From Gammaproteobacteria bacterium (GTDB taxonomy: Bacteria; Pseudomonadota; Gammaproteobacteria; SZUA-152), in the NCBI GenBank assembly GCA_013151355.1, contig JAADIL010000277.1, forward strand, positions 1 through 41,145: DNA of 41,145 nt. The letters run 5' to 3'. Position numbers and translations under genes: made by a program. The notes below the pieces were generated by a model. It was not told the DNA's origin. It ran no database searches and worked only from the letters and a program-made list of their open reading frames with translations. Shown in pieces: positions 6,584-15,171 of this stretch (position 1 is its first letter; every line of letters starts with the position of its first letter).

Positions 6584-8692
6584 ATGACGACGACAAAAAA
6601 CGAGCACTGGATAGAGACTGCGGAGCTGACGCAATACCGTCAGGCGGTGCAGGATGTTTTGGCGGGTGAGCTTGACGAAACCCGTTTTCAGGCCCTGCGT
6701 TTGCAACAGGGTGTCTATGGCCAGCGCCAGGAAGGCGTCAATATGGTGCGTATTAAATTGCCAGGCGGCGTAGTGTCACCGGGTCAGCTGGGTGCCGTCG
6801 CCGATGTGCTGGACAACTATTCCGAGCTGGATATTGCCAGTGTCACCACGCGACAGGATCTCCAGTTGCACAGTATTTCACTGAGTGACACTCCCGCTGC
6901 GCTGGAAAAACTGGCCGAACAAGGCCTGACTTCACGGGAAGCCTGTGGCAACACCGTGCGTAATATCACTGCCTGCCCGCTGGCGGGTGTCTGCCCCTGT
7001 GAGCACAGCGATGTGCAGCCTGTGGTGGATGCAGTGGCACAACGTTTTTTGCGACACCCGTTGACCCAGCATTTACCCCGCAAATTCAAAATGAGTTTTT
7101 CCGGTTGCGAAGCGGATTGCGCGCAGGGGTTGTTTCATGATCTGGCTGTTATCGCCGTAAAGCGTGATGGTGTATTTGGTTACAAAGTGTTGGCAGCAGG
7201 CGGTCTTGGTCACAAGCCTCGTCCGGCCATTACGCTGGAAGAATTTGTTGAAGAGTCAGATTTGTTGCCGGTCATTGAAGCGGTACTGGCCTTGCACCAT
7301 CGTTATTCGGATCGTAAGCGTCGTGCCCGGGCACGCATGAAGTTTTTGCTGGAACGGTTGGGCGAGGCCGAATTTGTGCAGAAGTATCAAGTGGAATTAC
7401 AACGCACCCGGCAGGTGTATGCCAGCGATGCCTTGCCTGAGGCAAACTGGGTCGCGGCGGATGAGACCGTGAAGTCCAAAATCTCTGCTACAGGTGCACC
7501 GCGTGGTGCATTGCAACAACGACAGGCAGAACTGTATGTATACCCGGTGAGCTTGCCCCTGGGGGATTTGAGTTCAGCACAAATGCACGGTCTGGTGGCA
7601 TTGTCCGAACAATATGAAGCTGTGGAAATGCGTGTCACCCAGGATCAAAATCTGATGCTGTTGAATATTCCGCAAGACGGACTACAGGCTGTAAAAGACG
7701 GTATACGTTTGCTGGATCTGGCTGCGCCCGCTGCCGGTGATGATGTGGTGGCCTGTCCCGGTACCTGGACATGCCGTCTGGGTATTACCGCCTCGCGGTT
7801 GGTGTGCCAGGAGTTGAGTGGTGGTGAAAGTGATCTGCGTATTCGGGTCAGTGGCTGTCACAACGGTTGTGCGCAACCTTACGTGGGTGATATCGGTATG
7901 CATGGCGAAGGTCGTCGCATCAATGGAAAGTTGATTCCGCATTACCGCCTGCATTTTGGTGGCGATGGCCGTAACGGTGGCAAGATTGCCGTGCGTGGTC
8001 CTGAAGTTCCTGTACGCATGGCACCTGCGGCGGTAAAACGTGTTAATCGTGAATATGAACGTACACGTCAGGCTGAAGAAAGTTTTCATGTCTGGGCACA
8101 ACGCCAGGAAGAAGGCTATTTCACCCAGCTGTTACAGGATCTAACGGTGATTAGTGGCCCGAATAGTGAGTGGTTGTCAAAAGATTTTGGTGAAACAGAA
8201 GACTTCCGCGTGTTGGCATTGGGTGGTGGCGAATGCATGGGTGCAAAACATGATGTGGTGTCGGCAAGTTTCTCCGAGGCAGCACATGAGCGGGAATATC
8301 GTCAGGTGTTTCAACTGGCGAAAAAAGAAGATCAGGCGCTGGACTGCGCCGAAGCTATTGCACGCCTGGTAGCACAGGCGTTATTGCATGCCGGAGGCGA
8401 AAATGTTTTGCCGGATGATCTGACCGAGCTTGCCGGGAAAATCGCGAAACAGACAGACGCAGCGCAGCATCTTGCAGAATCACTCACGGTCTTTATTGAG
8501 GAAATGCAGAAATTGCGTGCAGATTTTGATGATGCCCGTTTTGAAAAACTGGCAAATGCGCAAGACTTGTGGACCGTGTTAGTGGCAAAAGCCTGTGAAT
8601 CAGTAGATGTGCAACTGGATGTGCAAGCGTCATTACCGGAAGTTGCGCAGCTGGTGGCCGTGGGCGAAAAGAAATTGCAGGTGTCTGCCTAG
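6584..8692 (+). CDS. cysI: Assimilatory ferredoxin-type (NirA/CysI-like) sulfite reductase hemoprotein with a ~180-aa C-terminal extension
   Basis: ATG at 6584 follows GGAGAAAG. The siroheme/[4Fe-4S] Cys motifs are ACPGTWTCRLG (C-x5-C) and SGCHNGCAQ (C-x3-C). Two nitrite/sulfite-reductase repeats are present. It is flanked by cysB and cysH. Confidence 0.85.
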   Translation: MTTTKNEHWIETAELTQYRQAVQDVLAGELDETRFQALRLQQGVYGQRQEGVNMVRIKLPGGVVSPGQLGAVADVLDNYSELDIASVTTRQDLQLHSISLSDTPAALEKLAEQGLTSREACGNTVRNITACPLAGVCPCEHSDVQPVVDAVAQRFLRHPLTQHLPRKFKMSFSGCEADCAQGLFHDLAVIAVKRDGVFGYKVLAAGGLGHKPRPAITLEEFVEESDLLPVIEAVLALHHRYSDRKRRARARMKFLLERLGEAEFVQKYQVELQRTRQVYASDALPEANWVAADETVKSKISATGAPRGALQQRQAELYVYPVSLPLGDLSSAQMHGLVALSEQYEAVEMRVTQDQNLMLLNIPQDGLQAVKDGIRLLDLAAPAAGDDVVACPGTWTCRLGITASRLVCQELSGGESDLRIRVSGCHNGCAQPYVGDIGMHGEGRRINGKLIPHYRLHFGGDGRNGGKIAVRGPEVPVRMAPAAVKRVNREYERTRQAEESFHVWAQRQEEGYFTQLLQDLTVISGPNSEWLSKDFGETEDFRVLALGGGECMGAKHDVVSASFSEAAHEREYRQVFQLAKKEDQALDCAEAIARLVAQALLHAGGENVLPDDLTELAGKIAKQTDAAQHLAESLTVFIEEMQKLRADFDDARFEKLANAQDLWTVLVAKACESVDVQLDVQASLPEVAQLVAVGEKKLQVSA

Positions 8693-8856
8693 GAGGAGCC
8701 TGTCGGACTCAGGATGAATCTACTGCGGAAAATTCATTTTGAATCCATTTTTTTGATCCTTTTTGTTGAATATGTCCAATATTCGCCTCAAACGATCAAA
8801 ATAATGGACTCAAAATAACTTTCCCTCACTACGATTCTCTAAGTCCGACAGCCTCC
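8693..8856. mobile_element. MITE-like element, family A, copy 1
   Basis: It starts at the base after the cysI stop. The terminal inverted repeats are GGAGCCTGTCGGACTCAG and (reverse complement) GGAGGCTGTCGGACTTAG. The interior is also hairpin-forming. It is homologous over its whole length to 23221-23389. Confidence 0.7.
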
Positions 8857-8902
8857 TGGTACATCGTTTACACAGGTAATATTTGATATAAGGAGAAAGG
8901 AA

Positions 8903-9589
8903 ATGTTGGTGGATAAAAAGGTAAAATCAGTTATCTCTTTGTTGAATAATATTCAACGAGACTACGCACCGGCCGCGCTGGCCAGCAGCTTCAGTATTGA
9001 AGACATGCTGTTGCTGGACATCATCAGCAAACACGCGCCGGAAATAAATGTGTTCACCCTGGACACCGGGCGCTTGCCAGCGGAAACTTATGACCTGATG
9101 CAAAAAACCCACGAGCGGTATGGCTCTGTGGTGGAAGTTTATGCACCAGATTGCTCCGTGCTTGCGGAATATGTGCAGGTGCAAGGCCCCAATGCTTTTT
9201 ACGATAGTGTCGAACAACGCAAGCAATGCTGCTCTATACGAAAACTGGCACCATTGAAACGGGCCTTGTCTACACGCGAAGCCTGGATCACCGGGTTACG
9301 CAAAGAGCAATCGGTAACCCGTACTGACCTGCAACGTATGGAGTGGGATGAAGCGCATGGTATTCCCAAGTTCAATCCCCTGCTGGATTGGAGTGAAGAG
9401 GAGGCCTGGGCCTATATCCGTGAACATGACGTGCCCTTTAATGAATTACATACCAAGGGGTATCCGAGCATCGGTTGCGCTCCGTGTACACGGGCAATTG
9501 CCGAAAAAGAGGATGTTCGTGCCGGACGCTGGTGGTGGGAAAACCCGGAAAGCAAGGAGTGTGGTTTGCACGTACGGGCAAACACATAA
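8903..9589 (+). CDS. cysH: Thioredoxin-dependent APS/PAPS reductase, Fe-S (APS-reductase) type
   Basis: 228 aa with RBS AAGGAGAAAGG. It has a PAPS-reductase fold N-terminus, the Cys pair QCCSIRK, the motif GCAPCT and the C-terminal ECGLH. These are the cluster cysteines of the bacterial APS-reductase subclass. Confidence 0.9.
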   Translation: MLVDKKVKSVISLLNNIQRDYAPAALASSFSIEDMLLLDIISKHAPEINVFTLDTGRLPAETYDLMQKTHERYGSVVEVYAPDCSVLAEYVQVQGPNAFYDSVEQRKQCCSIRKLAPLKRALSTREAWITGLRKEQSVTRTDLQRMEWDEAHGIPKFNPLLDWSEEEAWAYIREHDVPFNELHTKGYPSIGCAPCTRAIAEKEDVRAGRWWWENPESKECGLHVRANT

Positions 9590-9601
9590 GGCAGCAAATG
9601 C

Positions 9602-9637
9602 AGTACGTCGCTTCATGTTTTTTTGAAGCGACGTACT
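9602..9637. terminator. Perfect 13-bp hairpin between convergent cysH and peroxiredoxin genes (bidirectional terminator candidate)
   Basis: AGTACGTCGCTTC - ATGTTTTTTT - GAAGCGACGTACT. The U-rich tract is in the loop rather than a classical tail. Confidence 0.45.
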
Positions 9638-9670
9638 ACTGATGTACTAACTACAGAATCAACATTCTGT

Positions 9671-10276
9671 TTACAGCTTGTCGGCATTCTCCGCCAGGTA
9701 TTCGGCCACACCGTCCGGGGTGTCCTTCATGCCTTTTTCGCCTTCCTTCCAGTTAGCAGGACAGACTTCGCCGTGCTCTTCGTGGAATTGCAGGGCATCA
9801 ATCATGCGCAACATCTCGTCGATATTGCGGCCCAGCGGCAAATCGTTAACCACCTGATGACGTACCACACCTTCTTTGTCGATGAGGAAAGAACCCCGGA
9901 AGGCCACTGCTCCATCAGGGGTTTCTACGTCATAGGCCTTGCAGATGCCGTGAGTCATGTCGGCAACCAGCGCGTAACCTACAGGACCAATGCCACCCTT
10001 GTTGATCGGGGTGTTACGCCAGGCGTTATGCGTGAAGTGAGAATCGATGGAAACACCAATCACTTCCACGCCGCGTTTTTTGAACTCACCGAGACGGTGA
10101 TCAAAGGCGATCAGTTCGGAGGGACAAACAAAAGTAAAATCCAGTGGATAGAAAAATATGACTGCCGGTTTGCCAGCAGTCGTGCTGGAAAAATTAAACT
10201 CATCAACAATTGAGCCATCGCCGAGTACGGCGGGGGCAGTAAAATCTGGTGCCTTGCGGCCTACGAGAACTCCCAT
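9671..10276 (-). CDS. Typical 2-Cys peroxiredoxin (AhpC/Tsa family)
   Basis: The peroxidatic Cys is in FFYPLDFTFVCPSE and the resolving Cys in HGEVCPANW. The ATG at 10276 has a GAGGG RBS and is preferred over the ORF-track start at 10318. Confidence 0.9.
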   Translation of the reverse strand: MGVLVGRKAPDFTAPAVLGDGSIVDEFNFSSTTAGKPAVIFFYPLDFTFVCPSELIAFDHRLGEFKKRGVEVIGVSIDSHFTHNAWRNTPINKGGIGPVGYALVADMTHGICKAYDVETPDGAVAFRGSFLIDKEGVVRHQVVNDLPLGRNIDEMLRMIDALQFHEEHGEVCPANWKEGEKGMKDTPDGVAEYLAENADKL

Positions 10277-10455
10277 GTATACACCCTCAATTTTTTGTCT
10301 TTGCTTTTTTGATATCAACCAAAGACGTTGTTAGAAATAATGTGTGGAATCGCTGGTAAAATCACTGTGTAAAATACGTGTATTTCACGGCCAGTGTGTC
10401 GAAGTCTACCATCTGCACCCAGATTTGGAAAAGATCTAATTGTTCTTTGTGGCCA

Positions 10456-12639
10456 TCACTTTGGCGTCCGTTTGATTTTCCAGCAGCGGTGAATTTTGGT
10501 ATTGCGCTCAAAATCTTTCGGAAGAGTATTGGCACTGATATCTTCCACGTTCAGTCCGGCCAGCCCTTGCATATCCATTTTAAAACGCCGGAAATTATTG
10601 GAAAAAATCAGTACTCCGTCCGGTTCCAGCAGTGCTGCGGTTTTTTGAATCAGCTCCACATGGTCACGCTGGATGTCAAAATTCTCTTCCATGCGTCTGG
10701 AATTGGAAAAGGTGGGCGGGTCGAGAAAAATCACTCCGAAACGCAGACCACGCAACAGGGCCTTGTCGATCCACAACAGGCAATCTTCCTGTATCACTTC
10801 GTGTGCTTCGCCACGAATACCGTTAAGCGCCATGTTGCGCGCTGCCCAGTCAAGATAGGTACGCGACATGTCTACCGTAGTGGTGGAACCTGCGCCTCCA
10901 AGGGCTGCATGCACGGTAGCGGTGCCTGTGTAGGCAAACAGATTCAGAAACGAGCGATCTACCGCCAGTTTGCCCAATAAATTGCGAGTAATGCGGTGAT
11001 CCAAAAACAAACCCGTGTCCAGGTAGTCTTCAAAATTCACCCATAGCCGACACGGCTCTTCCCGCACCTCATGAAAACGGCGTGTCTCGTTCTGTTTTTC
11101 ATATTGATTGTTGCCACGTTGGCGCTCGCGGGTTTTTAATATCACCTGTGCTTCGGGCACGTCAAACACCTGTGGCAGCACTGCCAGCACCTGTTCGCGA
11201 CGCGCACGTACCTTGCGTACATCAATAGACGCAGGTGCAGCGTATTCCTGCACAATAATCCAGCGCCCCGCCTCCTGCGTGTTTTGTGCCGAGGCTACCG
11301 TTTCGTAGACATCAATGGCGAAGGCATATTCCGGCATGTCGGCATCGTAGGCTCGATAACAACCGATGGATTGTTGTTTGCGCCAACGCGACAATTGTTT
11401 GAGATTTTTGCGCAACCGGTTGGCAAACATCTGCGCGCCCGGCTCGGCGGCGCGATCACCGCGTTCCTTCATGAACCAGCGCTCGTCCAGCTCAAAGCGC
11501 AGCAGTTTGCATTCCAGCGCACCGTTGTAGAGCGTATTGATGTGTCGCGCGCGAATGCCGACACACTTGCCCAGCTCTGCATCGCTGGTAATCAGCGTCG
11601 CACGCCAACCAACGTATTGTGCTTTCAGGCAGTCTCCCAGTACCTTGTACAATGGTTTGAGTTCTTCGTGTTCACCCAGTCGCTCACCGTAGGGCGGGTT
11701 GACCGCTACCAGTCCCGCCGGACCTTCCGGCGCAGGAGCACAATCCTTGATGGCACGTTGGGAAAATTCGATGTAGTCGGCAAGCCCGGCGTGGGCGGCA
11801 TTGTCCTGTGCGGCTTCGATGGCCTGACTACTGGCATCAAAACCACGAATCACCGGTAGTTTGGTCAGGCCTTTGTCGCGACGCTTGCGAGCGTCGGCCA
11901 ATAGCGCGGCCCAAAGATCCGCATCGTGCCCTTTCCAGCCGGAAAAACCCCAGTAAGGCCGGTCAATGCCTGGTGCAATATCTGCGGCAATCATCGCCGC
12001 CTCTATGGGCAGGGTGCCGGAGCCGCACATGGGGTCCACCAGTCCGCCACCCTGCCGGGCGATCTCTGCCCAACCGGCACGCTGCAAAATACCGGCAGCC
12101 AGATTTTCTTTCAGCGGTGCTACCGCACCTTCGAGACGATAGCCGCGACGATGCAGGCTGTCACCGGAAAGATCGATATTCACCGTGGCCTGATCACGAA
12201 ACAGGAACAGATTAACACGCAGATCCGGCGTATCGCGATCCACCGAAGGACGCTCGCCGGTCTCGTGACGAAAGTGATCCACAATGGCATCTTTGACTTT
12301 TTGTGCGCCGAATCGGGTGTGGGTGATTTCTGAACGCACGCTGCTGAAATCCACCACCAGACTGCCATCCACCGCCAGGTGCCTGGCCCAGTCGATGGCC
12401 ATTACACCTTCGTAGAGCTGTTCGGGATCGGCGGCGGAGAAACTCGTCAGTGGCATCAACACCCGGTTGGCAATGCGTGACCACAGACAAATCCGGTACG
12501 CCTGACCGAGGTCACCCTGAAAACCCGCACCAGCGCGGGTTTCACCCACATTGGCTGCACCCAGTTGGCGTAACTCGTCGGCCAGCAGGCTTTCCATACC
12601 CTTGGGTGCCGTGGCAAAAAATTGGTATTGTGAACTCAT
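10456..12639 (-). CDS. rlmL: Bifunctional 23S rRNA m2G2445 / m7G2069 methyltransferase RlmKL
   Basis: 727 aa with an N-terminal THUMP region. It has two SAM-methyltransferase modules (DPMCGSGT..., NPPYGERL; ...LNLFAYTG..., FLDPPTFS). Confidence 0.9.
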   Translation of the reverse strand: MSSQYQFFATAPKGMESLLADELRQLGAANVGETRAGAGFQGDLGQAYRICLWSRIANRVLMPLTSFSAADPEQLYEGVMAIDWARHLAVDGSLVVDFSSVRSEITHTRFGAQKVKDAIVDHFRHETGERPSVDRDTPDLRVNLFLFRDQATVNIDLSGDSLHRRGYRLEGAVAPLKENLAAGILQRAGWAEIARQGGGLVDPMCGSGTLPIEAAMIAADIAPGIDRPYWGFSGWKGHDADLWAALLADARKRRDKGLTKLPVIRGFDASSQAIEAAQDNAAHAGLADYIEFSQRAIKDCAPAPEGPAGLVAVNPPYGERLGEHEELKPLYKVLGDCLKAQYVGWRATLITSDAELGKCVGIRARHINTLYNGALECKLLRFELDERWFMKERGDRAAEPGAQMFANRLRKNLKQLSRWRKQQSIGCYRAYDADMPEYAFAIDVYETVASAQNTQEAGRWIIVQEYAAPASIDVRKVRARREQVLAVLPQVFDVPEAQVILKTRERQRGNNQYEKQNETRRFHEVREEPCRLWVNFEDYLDTGLFLDHRITRNLLGKLAVDRSFLNLFAYTGTATVHAALGGAGSTTTVDMSRTYLDWAARNMALNGIRGEAHEVIQEDCLLWIDKALLRGLRFGVIFLDPPTFSNSRRMEENFDIQRDHVELIQKTAALLEPDGVLIFSNNFRRFKMDMQGLAGLNVEDISANTLPKDFERNTKIHRCWKIKRTPK

Positions 12640-12684
12640 AAATTGCCCAACGGTTTTTAAATCCGATGTACCAGGCGGCTGGTA

Positions 12685-13104
12685 CTACCGAAAATTTATC
12701 TGTAAACGCTGCATTGCCACCAGTTCATCATCGGTATATAAATCGGCCCGAACTTCGTTTGACACTCCTTTCACGGGCAATAGCAGCAATTCTACCAAAT
12801 CACGCTGTTCCTGATTGCTGCTATCAGCAGCAGATTGTCCCATCGCGATCAGCGTTGCCGAATAATGGTAACCGGCCAGGGTAAATACCTTGTCCACAAA
12901 TTCCTTGCGTCCCCCGGGTGGCATAGCCTGCGGTTGTACGGGATATTTTTCGCCGACATTGCGGTAAGCTTCCGCCAACTGCTCCAGTACGGCATGATCC
13001 CCTGCGGGCGCTACCAGCCGGTTTTTGTCGTCACAGGCTGCCAGGCTCAGGATTGCCAGCAATACTATCCACAAGCAGACTGCTTTTTTAATTGAATTTT
13101 GCAT
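12685..13104 (-). CDS. Hypothetical lipoprotein
   Basis: Start at MQNSIKKAVCLWIVLLAILSLAACDD (lipobox LAAC). An alternative start MRHS lies at 13116. The longer ORF-track N-terminus (to 13377) would overlap zapE. I recognise no family. Confidence 0.55.
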   Translation of the reverse strand: MQNSIKKAVCLWIVLLAILSLAACDDKNRLVAPAGDHAVLEQLAEAYRNVGEKYPVQPQAMPPGGRKEFVDKVFTLAGYHYSATLIAMGQSAADSSNQEQRDLVELLLLPVKGVSNEVRADLYTDDELVAMQRLQINFR

Positions 13105-13202
13105 AGAATGTCGCATAGCGCGGCATGATACCGAACACAACGCCAATAAAGCCAGCGGGAACGCGGTCGTTACTTTCAGGGAGCCTTCACGAATTACCCC
13201 GC

Positions 13203-14291
13203 ATGGATCTTGACGCACACTATCAACACGCCCTGATCGACGGGCACTTCGAGCCTGACCCGGCCCAGCTTGCGGCATTGAAATATTTTCAGGCCCTGTC
13301 TTCGCGCCTGCAACAACCGGTACAAAAGGGCCGGATTGCACGGTTGCGCAAAAAATTGGGTAAACACGAGACGACACAGCGCGGGTTGTATTTATGGGGC
13401 GGCGTTGGTCGTGGCAAAACCTGGCTCATGGACATGTTTTTCGATGCCCTGCCTTTTGATAAAAAATTGCGTTTGCACTTTCGTCACTTCATGCGGGAGA
13501 TTCACGACGAACTTACACAACTGGCAGGGCAACGCGACCCGCTACTCATCGTCGCCAAACACTTTGCCCGGCGCACGCGCGTTTTGTGTCTCGATGAACT
13601 TTATGTGGAAGATATTACCGACGCGATGATTCTTTATCGTTTGCTCGACGCACTCAACACCCAGGGAATCGCGCTGGTATTCACCTCCAACCTTGCACCG
13701 GCAGAGCTGTACCAAAATGGTCTGCAACGCGAACATTTTTTACCCGCGATCAAACTCATTGAAACGGGCACCGAGGTCATCCAGTTAAATGGTGATACAG
13801 ACCATCGCCTGCGTAAACTCAAACAGGCCCACACCTGGTTTTCACCGCTCAACACCGCCAGTGAACGCGCTATCGAACAACGTTTTAATGAACTTGCTCC
13901 CGGTACAACACTGATTGACACCCCGTTGCAAATCAATCATCGCCAGATTGGCTGTCGGCGTCGCGTTGACGACGTTGCCTGGTTTGATTTTTATCAACTT
14001 TGCCACGGTCCTCGCGCCAGCGCTGACTATATTGAGTTAGCCCGGCAGTTTCATACGGTATTTGTTTCTGGTGTACCCGGCATGGGCGAAAACGAAGAAG
14101 AATGGGCACACCGGTTTATCAATATGGTGGACGAATTTTATGACCGCCGCGTCAAACTGCTGATCACCGCTGATAACGAACCTGCACACCTGTATCATGG
14201 TCGTCGGCATACCTTTGATTTTCAACGCACGGTGAGTCGTTTGATGGAAATGCGCAGCGATGATTATCTGGCGCAGGCACATCGATCATAA
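13203..14291 (+). CDS. zapE: Cell division protein ZapE (AFG1-like ATPase)
   Basis: Start at MDLDAHYQHALIDGHFEPDPAQ... Walker A is GGVGRGKTWLMD and Walker B is VLCLDELYV, with AFG1 family layout. The ORF-track start at 13125 is probably an upstream extension. Confidence 0.88.
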   Translation: MDLDAHYQHALIDGHFEPDPAQLAALKYFQALSSRLQQPVQKGRIARLRKKLGKHETTQRGLYLWGGVGRGKTWLMDMFFDALPFDKKLRLHFRHFMREIHDELTQLAGQRDPLLIVAKHFARRTRVLCLDELYVEDITDAMILYRLLDALNTQGIALVFTSNLAPAELYQNGLQREHFLPAIKLIETGTEVIQLNGDTDHRLRKLKQAHTWFSPLNTASERAIEQRFNELAPGTTLIDTPLQINHRQIGCRRRVDDVAWFDFYQLCHGPRASADYIELARQFHTVFVSGVPGMGENEEEWAHRFINMVDEFYDRRVKLLITADNEPAHLYHGRRHTFDFQRTVSRLMEMRSDDYLAQAHRS

Positions 14292-14416
14292 TTCAGGCTA
14301 ATTTTTGTTCGTTGGCGAGTATTCACTAACCCACCATAACCAGGTAAAGCCACCAATGCCTGCCAGCAAAGAAGCAAACAAAACTCCGGTCTTTGCCATT
14401 AACAAATATTCCGGTT
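14260..14416. repeat. Direct repeat copy A (zapE 3-prime end plus duplicated nhaA 3-prime end)
   Basis: It aligns with 15172-15327. From 14273/15184 onward I count 8 mismatches in 144 nt by eye, including an ~85-nt identical core. One 1-nt indel lies in the first ~12 nt. Confidence 0.85.
14298..14416 (-). pseudogene. Detached 3-prime fragment of an nhaA allele (last ~39 codons)
   Basis: It translates to ...PEYLLMAKTGVLFASLLAGIGGFTWLWWVSEYSPTNKN*. The real NhaA C-terminus is ...PEYLLMAKTGVLFASLLAGIGGFTWLWWVSEHSPTNKN*. There is no upstream coding continuity. Confidence 0.8.
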
Positions 14417-14464
14417 TATTAATCAGGGTCAGAGACCATTAACAAAATGGGTACGCACTAAAAA

Positions 14465-14680
14465 TCACACGATTTCATCAAGTGATATGCCAATTTCAGA
14501 TTCAAGCTTTTTATATTGAGATTTAATTTCAGCGTAAAATTGGCTCACTTCAACCAAATACTCTTCATATTCTGATCTGTTTCTGAGGGTTTCGCTTTTT
14601 AACAGCTCTTCGTTGTGTCGAACAGCATCTCTTAATGCTTGTACTAAAAGAGGAGCAGCAGCGTTAGAAATCTCTATCAT
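14465..14680 (-). CDS. Tsi2-like immunity protein (small all-helical)
   Basis: 71 aa, predicted helical, with heptad-like Leu/Glu/Lys content. It lies immediately downstream of the Tse2-like gene with a 4-nt overlap. Its size and layout (LLVQALRDAVRHNEELL ... EYEEYLVEVSQFYAEIKSQYKKL) resemble my recollection of P. aeruginosa Tsi2. Confidence 0.6.
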   Translation of the reverse strand: MIEISNAAAPLLVQALRDAVRHNEELLKSETLRNRSEYEEYLVEVSQFYAEIKSQYKKLESEIGISLDEIV

Positions 14681-15129
14681 TTTGCCAGCCTCTCTATTTC
14701 CGCTGCGAAATTTTCAAGAAGATGTCTAAACGTGGCAATTGGCATATCATGTGCCGGGGCTATTGTATAATGGGTAGCCGTGAAAGATTCGTTGTAAGAA
14801 TCTTGAACTATTGCCAACCCGACAGGAAGGCGGGTTCCAGCGGGGATTTTACAGTGAACCCAGTCTTTACCCTTCGGAGTCCCGGGCTTGTCAAATGTGG
14901 AAATACCTCTTGGCCAGTGCTTAACCTTAACCCATCCGTTTTCAATCGTTAAATCTGGCTTGCGTACTTTTCCACTTGACATTTTGAAAGGCTTTTCGAT
15001 CAAGTCAAACAGACCAACGTTTCTCTTTATATTCAAACCTCTCCAAAGGTTAACGGGAACGACGCCTTCAAAATAGCGCTCCAGCACACCCATAGAAATG
15101 AATACATCCTTTAAAGTGGTTGATTCCAT
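14677..15129 (-). CDS. Tse2-like toxin (Tse2 ADP-ribosyltransferase-fold family)
   Basis: 150 aa with RBS AAGGAG. The blocks RGISTFD, IPAGT, VQDSYNESFTATHYTIAPAHDMP and LENF match the blocks GGTSVFD, IPDGT, KQDSYNKRLQATHYTIMPAKPM and LDNF that I recall from P. aeruginosa Tse2. Confidence 0.7.
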   Translation of the reverse strand: MESTTLKDVFISMGVLERYFEGVVPVNLWRGLNIKRNVGLFDLIEKPFKMSSGKVRKPDLTIENGWVKVKHWPRGISTFDKPGTPKGKDWVHCKIPAGTRLPVGLAIVQDSYNESFTATHYTIAPAHDMPIATFRHLLENFAAEIERLAK

Positions 15130-15171
15130 TTGGATCTCCTTCTTGATTTAGTTGATCAGCATATCAAAAAA

